DNA of 62,763 nucleotides, filler included, from Coriobacteriales bacterium (GTDB taxonomy: Bacteria > Actinomycetota > Coriobacteriia > Coriobacteriales > UBA8131), in NCBI GenBank assembly GCA_031263105.1. It is 5 parts of 5 records of this genome, joined end to end, with 100 filler letters (N's around TTAATTAATTAA, not from the genome) between each part and the next. Parts side by side here need not be neighbours in the genome. Positions count along the whole stretch, not along the records: positions 33,458 to 59,079 come from JAISGJ010000051.1; 4 more parts are not named here. One strand, written 5' to 3'. A program made the translations under genes and the position numbers. Below the pieces are notes generated by a model. It saw only the letters and a program-made list of their open reading frames with translations. It searched no databases and was not told where the DNA came from. Positions 35,363 to 45,678 of this stretch are shown one piece after another (positions within the stretch are counted from its first letter, which is position 1; every line of letters begins with the position of its first letter).

Positions 35363-36036
35363 GGGCCGACCCGCGGACGCATCTGCTGGTGCTTCTCGTC
35401 ATCTCCGGCCTGACGCTTGCAACCGGCACCATGGCGCAGAGCTGCGCCCTTGCTGCGCTCTGCTGCCTGTACCTTGTCATACAGGGACTCTACAAACGGG
35501 CGTTGCAGATGGCGAGCGCCTACCTCGTGCTCCTGTTCATGATGCTTTTCACCGGGCGGTGGCTCTCGGTCGTCTCCGTCGTGTTCTATACCTTCCTGCG
35601 CCTGATGCCCTCGGTCATGGTGGCGGGCGCATTGCTGTCGAGTCCTCCCAGCCGCCTGATCTGCGCCTTCTCGCGGCTCCGTGTTCCCGCGCCCGCACTG
35701 CTGGTCGCCTGCGTGGTGGCCCGCTTCTTCCCCCTCCTTGCGACGGAGAGCCGCAGCATCAGGGGCGGGATGCGCGCACGGGGGGTGCTCGGACGCGTGA
35801 GGGACGTCGTTCGACGCCCGGTTTTCGCCTACGAGTGTTTCCTCGTCCCCTTGATGGTGCGGAGCCTGAAGCTGTCGAGCGAGCTTTCGGCAGCGGCCTT
35901 TTTACGCGGCGCGGAATGCGGGGGCGCGCGCTCCACCACGCACGCGATCGGCTTTGGGAGGCCCGACCTGGTCGCGCTGCTGTACGTTGCGGCGGTCTGT
36001 CTGCTCGTGCTGGCCTTTGGGAGAGGGGCGGCATGA
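35359..36036 (+). CDS. ECF transporter transmembrane T component (CbiQ-like)
   Basis: DPRT, RFFP...MRARG, VPLMVRSL...LSAAA..RG. Confidence 0.88.
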   Translation: MRADPRTHLLVLLVISGLTLATGTMAQSCALAALCCLYLVIQGLYKRALQMASAYLVLLFMMLFTGRWLSVVSVVFYTFLRLMPSVMVAGALLSSPPSRLICAFSRLRVPAPALLVACVVARFFPLLATESRSIRGGMRARGVLGRVRDVVRRPVFAYECFLVPLMVRSLKLSSELSAAAFLRGAECGGARSTTHAIGFGRPDLVALLYVAAVCLLVLAFGRGAA

Positions 36037-39000
36037 CGGAGGGGATGACGGTCGCGCTGGACAAGGTGTGCTTCAGCTATTCGGCCGAGGAGGGCGCAGA
36101 AGAGGCGGAGGGCGAGGTCTCGACAGGGCATGCATCCCGAACAGGGGGCGAGGCGCAGGCAGAGGGCGAGACAGGGGTCTCCGACGTCTCCCTGCGGATC
36201 GCATCCGGCGAGTGCGTCGTGCTCTGCGGCCGCTCGGGCAGCGGCAAGAGCACGATCCTCCGCCTGATAAGCGGCCTTGCCCCCGGCGTGTACGAGGGGC
36301 GGCTGTCCGGCGACATACGGGTTGCCGGAAGGCCCCTTGCGACGTTTTCCGCAGAGGAGCGGGTGCGGCTCATCGGCGTCGTCTTGCAAGACCCCCGCAG
36401 CCAGTTCTTCATGTCCGAGGTGGCAGACGAGCTGGCGTTCTCGGCGGAGAACCTGGGCATACCGCCAAGCGACATCAGGCGCTCCATAGCGTCGGTGGCC
36501 GACATGTTCGGCATCGGGGAGCTTTTGGGCAGCAGGATCGACACGCTGTCGAGCGGCCAAAGGCAGCGGGTGGCGCTTGCGGCCGCCATGCTCCTGTCGC
36601 CTGGACTGCTGCTGCTCGACGAGCCCGCCGCAAACCTCGACAGCCGAGGCGCGGCGGAACTGGTGGAGGTGCTGCGCACGCTCAAGGCACACGGTACGAC
36701 GGTCGTCATCAGCGAGCACCGCACGCACGGCTTCCTGGGGGTGGCCGACCGCTACGTGCGCATCGAGCAGGGCACGGTACGAGACATATGGGACGCGCAG
36801 TCGTTCTCCCGCCTGAGCGATGCGACGCTTGCGTCTCTGGGGATGCGGGCCGCCCCCGGCAAAGCGGCCGCTGTCAACGGGCCGGACGGCAGGCCGGGGA
36901 GCATGGCCGCGCCCGCAGACGGCGCCGACCGATCCGCCGAGAAGGCCCCCGCCCTCACGGTGCGCAACGTCGGCTACCGCTATCAGGCGTCGTCCGGCGG
37001 CGTGTTCGACTTCACGGCCGACTTCCCGATCGGGCAGGTCACGGGACTGTTCGGCGACAACGGTGCCGGCAAGACCACGCTGGGGAGGATACTCTGCGGC
37101 ATGTTGAGGGAGGAGCGCGGGGAGATCCTCCTTGACGGTGCGTTCCTCTCCCAGGCCGAACGGCGGCAGGCAAGCCATTTCGTCATGCAGGACGCCGACT
37201 ACCAGCTCTATGCGGACAGCGTGGGAAACGAGCTGCTCCTGGGCTGCAAGGCGACACCGGAACTGAAGTCACGGGCGCTTGAGGCCTTGGACGCATTCGG
37301 CCTGGCCGGGCTTCGCGACCGGCACCCTGCCTCGCTTTCCGGCGGCGAGAAGCAGCGCCTCACCCTGGCGGTCGCCTACTGCGCAGATGCCCGTCTGGTC
37401 ATACTCGACGAGCCGACCAGCGGCCTCGACGGCGACGGGGTCGCTCAGGTGGCCGCCTGGACAAGGAAACTGGCACGCGCAGGGAAATGCGTCGTCGTCG
37501 TCACCCACGACCGCGAGCTCGCGGCCCTGTGCTGCGACTCCGTCGTCTGCCTGCGCGGGCGTCGGCACTCGGGTGCCCAGCGGCAGAAAGGCGGCATTCC
37601 CCGCCTGCTGGACCTGGCCGCGCAGAGAAGGGCGCCGCTCGTCTGGTCGGCAGCCCTCTCGGTCGTCGGGGCCCTCCTTTCGATGCTCCCCCTCTATGCG
37701 GTCTACCAGGTGCTGGACGCCCTGCTGCTGCATGCCGGCGACCCTGCGGGCCTGGACGGCGCAGGGATGCTCCGCTGGACGGCCGTCGGGCTTGCTGCGA
37801 TGCTGGCCGGCTACGGCTTTTCCTATGCAGGAGGCATGTGCGCACATACGGCCGCGTTCAAGCTCCTCTACGACATCCGTATGAAGCTTGCAGAGCACAT
37901 GGGGCGGCTGCCCCTCGGGTTCTTCGACCGGAACGCGTCAGGGAAGATCAAGAAGGTCGTGGACCTTGACGTGGACGCCGTCGAGGCCTTCGTCGCACAC
38001 CAGCTGCCGGACATGGCAGGCGCGGCGGCCGTGCTCGTGGCAACGGCCGCCGCGATGCTCTATCTGAACCCGTATCTCGCGCTGGCGGCCCTGCTCCCCA
38101 TCGCCGCAGGGCTTTTCGCCCAATACCGGCTGATGATGGGCAGCGAGGCCAGAAGGGAGATGCTGCGGTACTTCGACGCCTTGGAGGAGATCGGCGCGTC
38201 CAGTTCCCAATATGTGAGGGGGATGACGGCGGTCAAGGTCTTCGGCCAGACCGTGTTCTCGTTCAGGCGCTTCCATGCAGACATGCTCAGGTACCGGGAC
38301 AGCTGCATCAGCTATACGGACCGCAACCAGAACGGCTACGTGGCCTACAAGGTGCTGACCCTGTCGCTTGCCTGCTTCGTCCTGCCGGTGGGCGTGCTCC
38401 TGCTCGCCCGAGAGCCGGGCGACACGGCCCTCGCCTCGGTGCTGATGCTGTTCCTCGTCCTCGCCCCCGGGCTCTCCGTGTCACTGTTCAAGCTGATCTC
38501 CTTGGCCGGCGGCATGACCCTGGCCGTCGAGAGCGTAAGGCGCATCGACGACATCCTGGCAGAGGAGCCGTTGCCGGAGGTGGCGGAAGCAGGAACGACG
38601 AAGGGCGGCGCACATGCAAGCAATCGGCACATTCCCGACGGTTACGACATCCGCTTCGAGGACGTCTCCTTCTCCTACGCTGCGGACGGAGAGGGCCCGG
38701 CGGTCCTGCGCAGCATCGGCTTCACGGCGCGCCAAGGCGAGGTGACCGCCCTCGTCGGCCCGTCCGGCTCGGGCAAGTCCACCATCGCACAGCTGCTCTG
38801 CCGCTTCTGGGACGTAGGAGGCGGCCGTATCACCATAGGCGGCGTGGACATACGCGAACTGCCTGCCCAGACGTTGATGGACAGCGTGTCCTTTGTGTTC
38901 CAGGACGCCTTTCTGTTCTCGGACACGGTCTACGGCAACATCGCTATGGGCAACCCCAAGGCCACGCGGGAGAATGTCCGCGCCGCCGCCCGCGCCGCCT

Positions 39001-39416
39001 GCTGCCATGAGGCGGTCATGGCGCTGCCCGACGCCTATGACACGCGGATCGGCGAGGGCGGCGTCTACCTCTCCGGAGGCGAGGGGCAGCGGGTGTGCGT
39101 GGCACGGGCCATCCTCAAGGACGCGCCGGTGCTCGTGCTCGACGAGGCGACCGCCTACGCCGACCCGGAGAACGAGCACCTGATGCAGCAGGCCCTCTCC
39201 GTCCTGATGAGAGGCAAGACGGTGATCGTCATCGCGCACCGGCTTCCCACCATACGAAACGCGCACCGCATCCTGGTGCTGCAGGACGGTGCGATCGTCG
39301 AGTCGGGCCTGCACGACGGGCTGCTGAAGGAGCAGGGGCTGTACGCCAGGATGTGGGACGCCTGTCAGGACGCGTCGTCGTGGGTGCTGACGAGGAAGGG
39401 GGCGGGTGCATGTTGA
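36033..39416 (+). CDS. Fusion of ECF duplicated ATPase (A-A') with an exporter-fold ABC half-transporter (YbtP/IrtA-like TMD-NBD)
   Basis: Three Walker A motifs (GRSGSGKS, GDNGAGKT, GPSGSGKS) and a TMD (AHTAAF, AHQLPD) in one uninterrupted frame; ATGA overlap with T gene. Confidence 0.85.
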   Translation: MTEGMTVALDKVCFSYSAEEGAEEAEGEVSTGHASRTGGEAQAEGETGVSDVSLRIASGECVVLCGRSGSGKSTILRLISGLAPGVYEGRLSGDIRVAGRPLATFSAEERVRLIGVVLQDPRSQFFMSEVADELAFSAENLGIPPSDIRRSIASVADMFGIGELLGSRIDTLSSGQRQRVALAAAMLLSPGLLLLDEPAANLDSRGAAELVEVLRTLKAHGTTVVISEHRTHGFLGVADRYVRIEQGTVRDIWDAQSFSRLSDATLASLGMRAAPGKAAAVNGPDGRPGSMAAPADGADRSAEKAPALTVRNVGYRYQASSGGVFDFTADFPIGQVTGLFGDNGAGKTTLGRILCGMLREERGEILLDGAFLSQAERRQASHFVMQDADYQLYADSVGNELLLGCKATPELKSRALEALDAFGLAGLRDRHPASLSGGEKQRLTLAVAYCADARLVILDEPTSGLDGDGVAQVAAWTRKLARAGKCVVVVTHDRELAALCCDSVVCLRGRRHSGAQRQKGGIPRLLDLAAQRRAPLVWSAALSVVGALLSMLPLYAVYQVLDALLLHAGDPAGLDGAGMLRWTAVGLAAMLAGYGFSYAGGMCAHTAAFKLLYDIRMKLAEHMGRLPLGFFDRNASGKIKKVVDLDVDAVEAFVAHQLPDMAGAAAVLVATAAAMLYLNPYLALAALLPIAAGLFAQYRLMMGSEARREMLRYFDALEEIGASSSQYVRGMTAVKVFGQTVFSFRRFHADMLRYRDSCISYTDRNQNGYVAYKVLTLSLACFVLPVGVLLLAREPGDTALASVLMLFLVLAPGLSVSLFKLISLAGGMTLAVESVRRIDDILAEEPLPEVAEAGTTKGGAHASNRHIPDGYDIRFEDVSFSYAADGEGPAVLRSIGFTARQGEVTALVGPSGSGKSTIAQLLCRFWDVGGGRITIGGVDIRELPAQTLMDSVSFVFQDAFLFSDTVYGNIAMGNPKATRENVRAAARAACCHEAVMALPDAYDTRIGEGGVYLSGGEGQRVCVARAILKDAPVLVLDEATAYADPENEHLMQQALSVLMRGKTVIVIAHRLPTIRNAHRILVLQDGAIVESGLHDGLLKEQGLYARMWDACQDASSWVLTRKGAGAC

Positions 39417-41281
39417 GGACGAGACGGCCCTGCAGGCCTCTTCGCGACCATGGCCCTTCGCCACGGGGGGCCCCGCGTATGCTGAGAGGCCTCTTCGTCG
39501 TCAGCGTCGGTGCCCCCAAGCGGCTGATGCGGCCCATCGTGGCCGCCATCGTCGCCGACCTGTGCCAGATGCTGCCGTTCGGCCTTGCCGCCTGGGCCGT
39601 CAGTCTCATATACGGCTATTATGCAGAGGCGGACGCCGGACGCGAGGCCGCCTTTGACGCCGGGAGGCTGGGCATCGTCTGCGCCGCCATGCTCGCCGCG
39701 CTCGTGCTCCTGTTCGCTGCCGAGTCGTTCTCCTACCGCGCCTCCTACCGGGGCGCCTACGAGGCCTCGGCGCAAGGCCGCGCGGCATTCGCTGAGCATC
39801 TTCGGAGGCTGCCGCTCGGCTATCTTGACAGCAGGGACCCGGAGGAGCTCGGCAGCATGATGATGGGCGACCTCACGCAGCTTGAGGGTGCCATGGCGCA
39901 GACCGCCGGGCAGCTTGTCGGAGGCATCGTCGCCTCGGCGCTCGTCCTCGTGGGCTTCTTGTTCCTCGATTGGCGCATGGCCGCAGCGACCTTCGCCGCC
40001 CTGCCGGCGACGGGCCTGCTCCTTTGGCTCACGTCCGGCCTTGAGCGGCGCGTGTCGAAGGGGCACCTGGGCTCCAAGGTGGAGATGGCGAACCGCTTTG
40101 GGGAGTACGTCGCCGGCATGAGGGCGATCAGGTCGTACCGCTTGCAGGGGCAGGGCTTCGAGCGGCTGGAGCGGGCGGTCGGCGCGCTCATGCGAAACAG
40201 CATCCGCATAGAGGGCGTGCTCGGCCCTCTCTACCTCACGGCGGTCGCCCTGACAAAGAGCGGGCTGGCGCTGATCGCCGTCACCGGCGTCTACCTGATT
40301 TTAGGCGGCGCACTGTCCGTGCCGCTGTTCGCGCTGTTCCTGTTCGTGGGCACGCGGGTGTTCGACCCGCTGGCAGGGGCGCTGATGCGCCTTGGCGAAT
40401 GGCGACGCGCCGTCTTGTCCGGGGAGCGGGTCATGGCCGTCATGGACGAGCCGGCCATGACCGGGGAGGAGGGCGTTGCGGATGCGCCGCCCGCGCCGCC
40501 CGCAGCACGCGCACCGGACACGGTGGCCGCATCGCCCGCGCCCGCCCTCACGTTCGAGCGGGTGTCTTTCGGGTACGGCGACCGACCGGTCCTCTCGAAC
40601 CTCTCCTTCTCGTTGGCCGCCGGTTCGCTTACCGCTCTCGTAGGAGCCTCCGGCAGCGGGAAGAGCACGGTCCTGAAGCTGATTGCGCGCTTCTACGACC
40701 CGCAGGGCGGACGCGTCTGTCTGGGCGGCGTGGATGCCCGGACGATGGAGCCGGAACGGCTCCTGCAAAGCATCTCCATGGTGTTCCAGGACGTGTACCT
40801 CTTCCAAGACAGCATCGGCAACAACATCCGCTATGGGCGGCAGGATGCGACCCAAGAGGAGGTCGAGGCCGCCGCCAAGGCCGCCTGCTGCCACGGCTTC
40901 ATCAGCGCCCTGCCGGACGGCTACGACACGCCGGTCGGCGAGGGCGGCTCCACGCTTTCCGGCGGCGAGAAACAGCGCGTCAGCATAGCGCGCGCCATCC
41001 TCAAGGACGCCCCCGTCATCCTGCTGGACGAGGCCACGGCATCGTTGGACCCTGAGAACGAGGCAGACGTGCAGCGGGCGATCGGCGCACTGGTCGAAGG
41101 GCGAACCATCGTGACCGTGGCCCACCGCCTGAAGACGGTCGCACAGGCCGATCTGATAATCGTCCTCGACAAAGGAAGAATAGTCGAACAGGGCAGGCAC
41201 GAGGCCCTCTACGCCGCCTCCGGCCTCTACACGAGACTCTGGGACCTGCAGCAGGCGAGCAGCGGCTGGGTCATTCAATGA
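39410..41281 (+). CDS. ABC half-transporter (YbtQ/IrtB-like TMD-NBD)
   Basis: HLRRLPLGY, GASGSGKST, LSGGEKQR, LDEATASLDPENE; start may be 39479. Confidence 0.9.
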   Translation: MLRTRRPCRPLRDHGPSPRGAPRMLRGLFVVSVGAPKRLMRPIVAAIVADLCQMLPFGLAAWAVSLIYGYYAEADAGREAAFDAGRLGIVCAAMLAALVLLFAAESFSYRASYRGAYEASAQGRAAFAEHLRRLPLGYLDSRDPEELGSMMMGDLTQLEGAMAQTAGQLVGGIVASALVLVGFLFLDWRMAAATFAALPATGLLLWLTSGLERRVSKGHLGSKVEMANRFGEYVAGMRAIRSYRLQGQGFERLERAVGALMRNSIRIEGVLGPLYLTAVALTKSGLALIAVTGVYLILGGALSVPLFALFLFVGTRVFDPLAGALMRLGEWRRAVLSGERVMAVMDEPAMTGEEGVADAPPAPPAARAPDTVAASPAPALTFERVSFGYGDRPVLSNLSFSLAAGSLTALVGASGSGKSTVLKLIARFYDPQGGRVCLGGVDARTMEPERLLQSISMVFQDVYLFQDSIGNNIRYGRQDATQEEVEAAAKAACCHGFISALPDGYDTPVGEGGSTLSGGEKQRVSIARAILKDAPVILLDEATASLDPENEADVQRAIGALVEGRTIVTVAHRLKTVAQADLIIVLDKGRIVEQGRHEALYAASGLYTRLWDLQQASSGWVIQ

Positions 41282-41285
41282 AGGA

Positions 41286-41314
41286 CAGGGCACCGGGTCG
41301 CCCCCGGTGCCCTG
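41286..41314. terminator. GC-rich hairpin between convergent genes
   Basis: CAGGGCACCGGG-TCGCC-CCCGGTGCCCTG, 12-bp stem, no U-tract. Confidence 0.6.
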
Positions 41315-41359
41315 CGTGGTCGTGCCTGTGAGCCCGATGGGTCCCAGTGCCCGAAGCGC

Positions 41360-42784
41360 CTAGAACAAAGCGAGGGCCTTGTCGACGGCGGCCTCGCTCT
41401 TGGCGAGGGTGTCGTCGGAGAGCTTGGGGTTGTGGGCGCCCTCGCTGTTCTCCACCATCACGTAGTCCCAGTACCACTGCGACTCGCGGTTGAGCTCGCG
41501 GACGGCCCCGAGCTGCGCCTCGTCCATCGAGCCGTCCGCCACGGCGGCGGCGAGCCTCTTGTTCAGGTCCTCGAGCTTCGCCCCTATGGACATGACCTTG
41601 TCTTCCGAGGCCTTCTGCCACGCCTCGACCTGCGTCGCGAGGTCGGTATGGCAGCCGGCGCCCATGTTGCAGGACGTTGCCAGAAGCTCCTTGTTCTCGA
41701 GCGGGCTTATCAGCAGGTGGGAGGTGTAGGTCGTCCCGTCGTCCGCGACCTGCTCGCCGCCCATGTGGCAGTCGGCACAACCGTAGCCCCGCCCTGCCAT
41801 GGAGGAGCCTGCGCCGCCGAAGACGAACTCGAACTCGGGGTGCTGGGTCTTGAGCTGCGTGGTGCCCGTGTCGGGGTTCGTGTAGTCCACGAAGGGCGTG
41901 CCGTCCTTGCCGGCGGTCCTGTAGTACTCGTACATGGCCTCGGGGGTCATCTGCGCAAGGCCCTTGTAGGGGTTCGTCGGGGCCTTGTCGGCGGGCGAGA
42001 AGTAGTACTCGTTGTGGCACTGTCCGCAGGTCTGCGAGGCGACGTCCACCTTGTCGGCGTCACTGCCGAGCGCCTCCATAAAGAACTTCTGCGTCACGGC
42101 AAGACTGCCCGTGCCTGCGTCGGTGGCGAGGCTGTTCTCATGGCAGTTGAAGCAGCTGATGGGCTCTGTGAGCAAGGCCGACACCTCTCCCATGGGTTGG
42201 GAGAAGATCGAGTTGCCCTGCTGCTGGTAGAGCGCCGTGAAGTCGGCCGACTTGCAGGTGAGGCAGTTGGCGAAGGCGGTCTCCTTGAAGACTCCCTTCT
42301 CCGCATCCCAGACACGACCCGAGACCCGGATGTCGTCGAGCGTGTAGTTGTGCCCGTTCGGCTCGTTGTAGAACTTGTTGAAGCCCGTGCCCGCCCAGAT
42401 GACCGGCAGCATGGGGTACAGCTTCACCATGTCGCCGCGCTTCTCGAAGACAGGGTCTGAGGCATTGCCGTCCGTGTCGTTCATCGCGTTCAGCATGTAG
42501 GTCTCGTACTCGTGCGGGTAGATGTCCTTCCAGGCCTCCGCCGTCCAGACGCCTGCGGCGTTCTTTTCCGCAGTGGGCGTCGCGGCCACCGGTGCGGTCG
42601 GCTGCGGCTTCGGGGGCGCCTCGCTGCTTGGCCCCGGGTCCACCTCGCCACGGGGCGCACAGGCGACGAGCGCGACGACCAGGGCGCAGACGGCCCCTGC
42701 GACGCAGAGGCTGCGCAACCGTGCCCTCCTCTTTCCCTTTGACATCCGTGCAGTGCGTTTCTCCGTTTGCATCTCCATTTGCAT
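41360..42784 (-). CDS. nrfA: Ammonia-forming cytochrome c552 nitrite reductase (membrane/lipid anchored)
   Basis: CLTCK active-site heme, CFNCH, CGQCHNEYYF, KTQHPEFE, CADCH, CNMGAGCH, ENSEGAHNP; AAGGAGG RBS. Confidence 0.93.
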   Translation of the reverse strand: MQMEMQTEKRTARMSKGKRRARLRSLCVAGAVCALVVALVACAPRGEVDPGPSSEAPPKPQPTAPVAATPTAEKNAAGVWTAEAWKDIYPHEYETYMLNAMNDTDGNASDPVFEKRGDMVKLYPMLPVIWAGTGFNKFYNEPNGHNYTLDDIRVSGRVWDAEKGVFKETAFANCLTCKSADFTALYQQQGNSIFSQPMGEVSALLTEPISCFNCHENSLATDAGTGSLAVTQKFFMEALGSDADKVDVASQTCGQCHNEYYFSPADKAPTNPYKGLAQMTPEAMYEYYRTAGKDGTPFVDYTNPDTGTTQLKTQHPEFEFVFGGAGSSMAGRGYGCADCHMGGEQVADDGTTYTSHLLISPLENKELLATSCNMGAGCHTDLATQVEAWQKASEDKVMSIGAKLEDLNKRLAAAVADGSMDEAQLGAVRELNRESQWYWDYVMVENSEGAHNPKLSDDTLAKSEAAVDKALALF

Positions 42785-42889
42785 CCGTCCTCCTTTCAAG
42801 GATGCGAGAAGCATAGCGCGCCTGCCGTGCGTCGCACAGGGATGCTTGCGAGGCATTTAACGGGGACGATTATGCCTGTCGCCTGACAC

Positions 42890-43123
42890 GTTACTAACAC
42901 TATGTGTTCACACCCCCACGGATACCCCACTGTCATCCCGAGCCCCACTGTCATTCCGATCCCCACTGTCATTCCGAGCCTGTCGAGGAATCTTCGACCG
43001 CGCAAGCGGTCGACCGCAGGTCGAAGGGGCCACTGACCTGCCGTTGGACACTGCGTGTCCAAAGATTCCTCGGCGGAGCTCGGAATGACAGTGGGGTGTG
43101 GGGTGTGGGGTGTGGGGTGCAAC
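42890..43123. mobile_element. MITE-like palindromic element in the nrfA-gabR divergent region
   Basis: GTTAC left end, triplicated arm, full hairpin core, degenerate right end (GTGGGGT)x4-GCAAC. Confidence 0.85.
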
Positions 43124-43284
43124 TACAGCACCGTACCCCTCTCTCCGAGGGGTTTTCCCTCTTTTCAAAGGGGATGCTCTTCGCGTATCATCGAGCTTAC
43201 GGACGGTCCTCGACTTTGAGGACGACTCGGCATCCAGCTTGACGCCCGATCGGAGGGCAGTCGGCATCCAAGGCAGGGGGAGCG

Positions 43285-44814
43285 ATGATCACGCTTGACC
43301 ATAGCGCCGACAGGCCCTTGTACCAGCAGATATACGAGCAGGCCCGCGACCACATTATGAACGGCACCTACCGGGTCGGCACCAAGCTGCCTCCCATACG
43401 CCGCCTTGCGGACGACCTCGAGGTCTCACGCAACACCATAGAGGCCGCCTACCTCCAGCTCTCCCAGGAGGGCTACGTGACCAGCCGCACGGGAAGCGGC
43501 TTTGTCGTGGAGGCCCTCGACCTGACGACCGAGGGCACGCATGGCCAGCAACGGGAGGTCTGCTGCACCTTCACAAAGCGGCTGAGGCAGACCTCGCTCT
43601 GGGAGGACGACGGCGAGGGGACGGAGGAGGGCAACGGGCGCTCCTGCCGCCTGCACCCTGCATCGGATTCCGCATCGGACGGGGAGGAGGAGGGCCGTGA
43701 GGGGCCGTCGCCCGTCCCGACGGAGTACGACTTCACCTATGGCAACCTGCAGGGCACCGGCTTTCCCTTCCAGCTTTGGCGACGCCTCACGAACGAGGCC
43801 CTGTTCGGCTGTGAGGCCTGGCGGACAGGCATCTACGGCGACAAGCTCGGGGAGCGTGGGCTCAGGAAGCAGATCGCCCAGAGGATCCACGCCAGCAGCG
43901 GGGTCAACTGCCATCCGGCGCAGGTGGTCGTGCAGGCGGGCACCCAGGCGGGCCTGTACAACCTGCTGACCCTGTTCGATCCTTCGCGCGACGTCATAGC
44001 CATGGAGGAGCCCGGGTACGACGGGGCGCGCTCCGTCTTCGAGAATGCGCGCTTCCGCCTCTTCCCCGTCCCGGTATACGAAGGCAACGAGGGCTTTATC
44101 GAGAGCCTGCGCGAGTCCCACGCACGGCTTGCCTACGTGACGCCCTCAAACCAGTTCCCCACGGGGAGGATCCTGCAGATGAGCGCCCGCCAGCGCCTGC
44201 TCAAATGGGCCAGCGCCGAGAACGCCTACGTCATCGAGGACGACTACTGCCGGGAGTTCCGCTACACGACACGGCCGCTCCCCTCCCTGCAGTCGCTTGA
44301 CCGGGACGGACGCGTCATCTACATGGGAACCTTCTCCAAGGCGCTCTCGCCGGCGCTCCGCATGAGCTACCTCGTGTTGCCGCCCGACCTGCTCTTCCAG
44401 TGGAACAAGCTCTTCGAGAACCACTACCCCGAGGTTCCCTGGCTCTCCCAGACCGTCCTTGAGAGCTATATGGAGAAGGGCTACTGGGGCAAGCACCTCC
44501 GCAGGGCCCAAGCCCAGAACAAGCGGAAGTACCAGACGCTCGTCGGTGCCCTGCAAAGGCATATGGGCGACCGCGTCGACGTCATGGAGAACGGCAGCGG
44601 CCTCCACCTCCTGGTCGGGGCGCGGGACGGGAGGCACCAGGGCGAGCTGATCGAGCGGGCCGCGCAGGCGGGGGTGCGCGTCTACGGGACGAGCCGCTAC
44701 TGGATGAACGCCCGGCACCCCATGCAGAACTACGTGCTGGTCGGCTTCTCTGCCATTGCCGAGGACAAGATAGAGCCGGGCATCGAGCGCCTCGCCCGGG
44801 CGTGGTTCGATTAG
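43285..44814 (+). CDS. MocR/GabR-family PLP-dependent transcriptional regulator
   Basis: PLYQQIY...KLPPIRRLA...SRNT wHTH; YVTPSNQFPTG, IEDDY, GTFSKALSP. Confidence 0.95.
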   Translation: MITLDHSADRPLYQQIYEQARDHIMNGTYRVGTKLPPIRRLADDLEVSRNTIEAAYLQLSQEGYVTSRTGSGFVVEALDLTTEGTHGQQREVCCTFTKRLRQTSLWEDDGEGTEEGNGRSCRLHPASDSASDGEEEGREGPSPVPTEYDFTYGNLQGTGFPFQLWRRLTNEALFGCEAWRTGIYGDKLGERGLRKQIAQRIHASSGVNCHPAQVVVQAGTQAGLYNLLTLFDPSRDVIAMEEPGYDGARSVFENARFRLFPVPVYEGNEGFIESLRESHARLAYVTPSNQFPTGRILQMSARQRLLKWASAENAYVIEDDYCREFRYTTRPLPSLQSLDRDGRVIYMGTFSKALSPALRMSYLVLPPDLLFQWNKLFENHYPEVPWLSQTVLESYMEKGYWGKHLRRAQAQNKRKYQTLVGALQRHMGDRVDVMENGSGLHLLVGARDGRHQGELIERAAQAGVRVYGTSRYWMNARHPMQNYVLVGFSAIAEDKIEPGIERLARAWFD

Positions 44815-44991
44815 GGAAGCGTCCCTGCCGTTCCTTCGGGAAGCGTCCCCTCCTGCACACCTTCTTGCAGGGCAAATGCCGTTTGCCTCCTCTGAAGGGG
44901 CATTGTCCCCCTTCTCGTTGTGCAACAAATGACAACAAGCGATGCTTTGCAGCAATTGGTCCACCGCAGATAATGGAATCGCCTCTTTCTG

Positions 44992-45678
44992 ATGGAGACA
45001 ATCGAGCAGACGGCCCGGCGTGCCGTGCGCGGGAGAGGAGATGCCGTGATACGTGTCGCTTTGATAGACGAACACGAGCTCATCCGTATCGGCCTTAAGA
45101 CGGTTCTCAAACAGAGTCCGGGGATCGAAGTGGTCGCCGACACGGGCGATGCCGCCTCCGTCCTGCCGCTCGTCGAGCACGACGGGGTCGACCTGCTCCT
45201 TATCGACCATGGCCTCGAGGTGCCGGCCCTCTTCCACAGCGCCTGCCCGCACCTCCGGATCGTGCTGACGAGCACAGTCTTCGAAATCGACTGCCTGCTC
45301 CAGGTGCTGTGCGGCAATGCCGCAGGCTACCTCCTCAAGGACACGAGCCCCAGAGAGCTTGTCGCAGCCGTTCAGGCGGTCGCGTGCGGCGGGGTCTATA
45401 TCCATTCAACCTTGACCTCGCACTTCCCCGAGAACCTGCTCAGGCCGGGCATGCTCCCGCACCGCGCCCTGCCAAACACTCCTCCCCTCTCATCGCGCGA
45501 GCAGAGCGTCCTCGACCTGCTCGTGAAGGGATACACGAACCGTGAGGTCTCCGAAGAGATCTTCCTCTCGCCGAAGACCGTGGAATCCTATCGGGCGAAG
45601 ATTTACGCAAAGCTGGGAGTGCGGACCCGCGCAGGCCTGTTCTCCTGTGCGGTCGACCACGGACTCGTCGCATTCTAA
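44992..45678 (+). CDS. NarL/NreC-type response regulator (orphan)
   Basis: REC (LIDEHELIRIGL, AGYLLK) plus LuxR HTH (LSSREQ...SPKTVESYR); start may be GTG 45046. Confidence 0.88.
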   Translation: METIEQTARRAVRGRGDAVIRVALIDEHELIRIGLKTVLKQSPGIEVVADTGDAASVLPLVEHDGVDLLLIDHGLEVPALFHSACPHLRIVLTSTVFEIDCLLQVLCGNAAGYLLKDTSPRELVAAVQAVACGGVYIHSTLTSHFPENLLRPGMLPHRALPNTPPLSSREQSVLDLLVKGYTNREVSEEIFLSPKTVESYRAKIYAKLGVRTRAGLFSCAVDHGLVAF

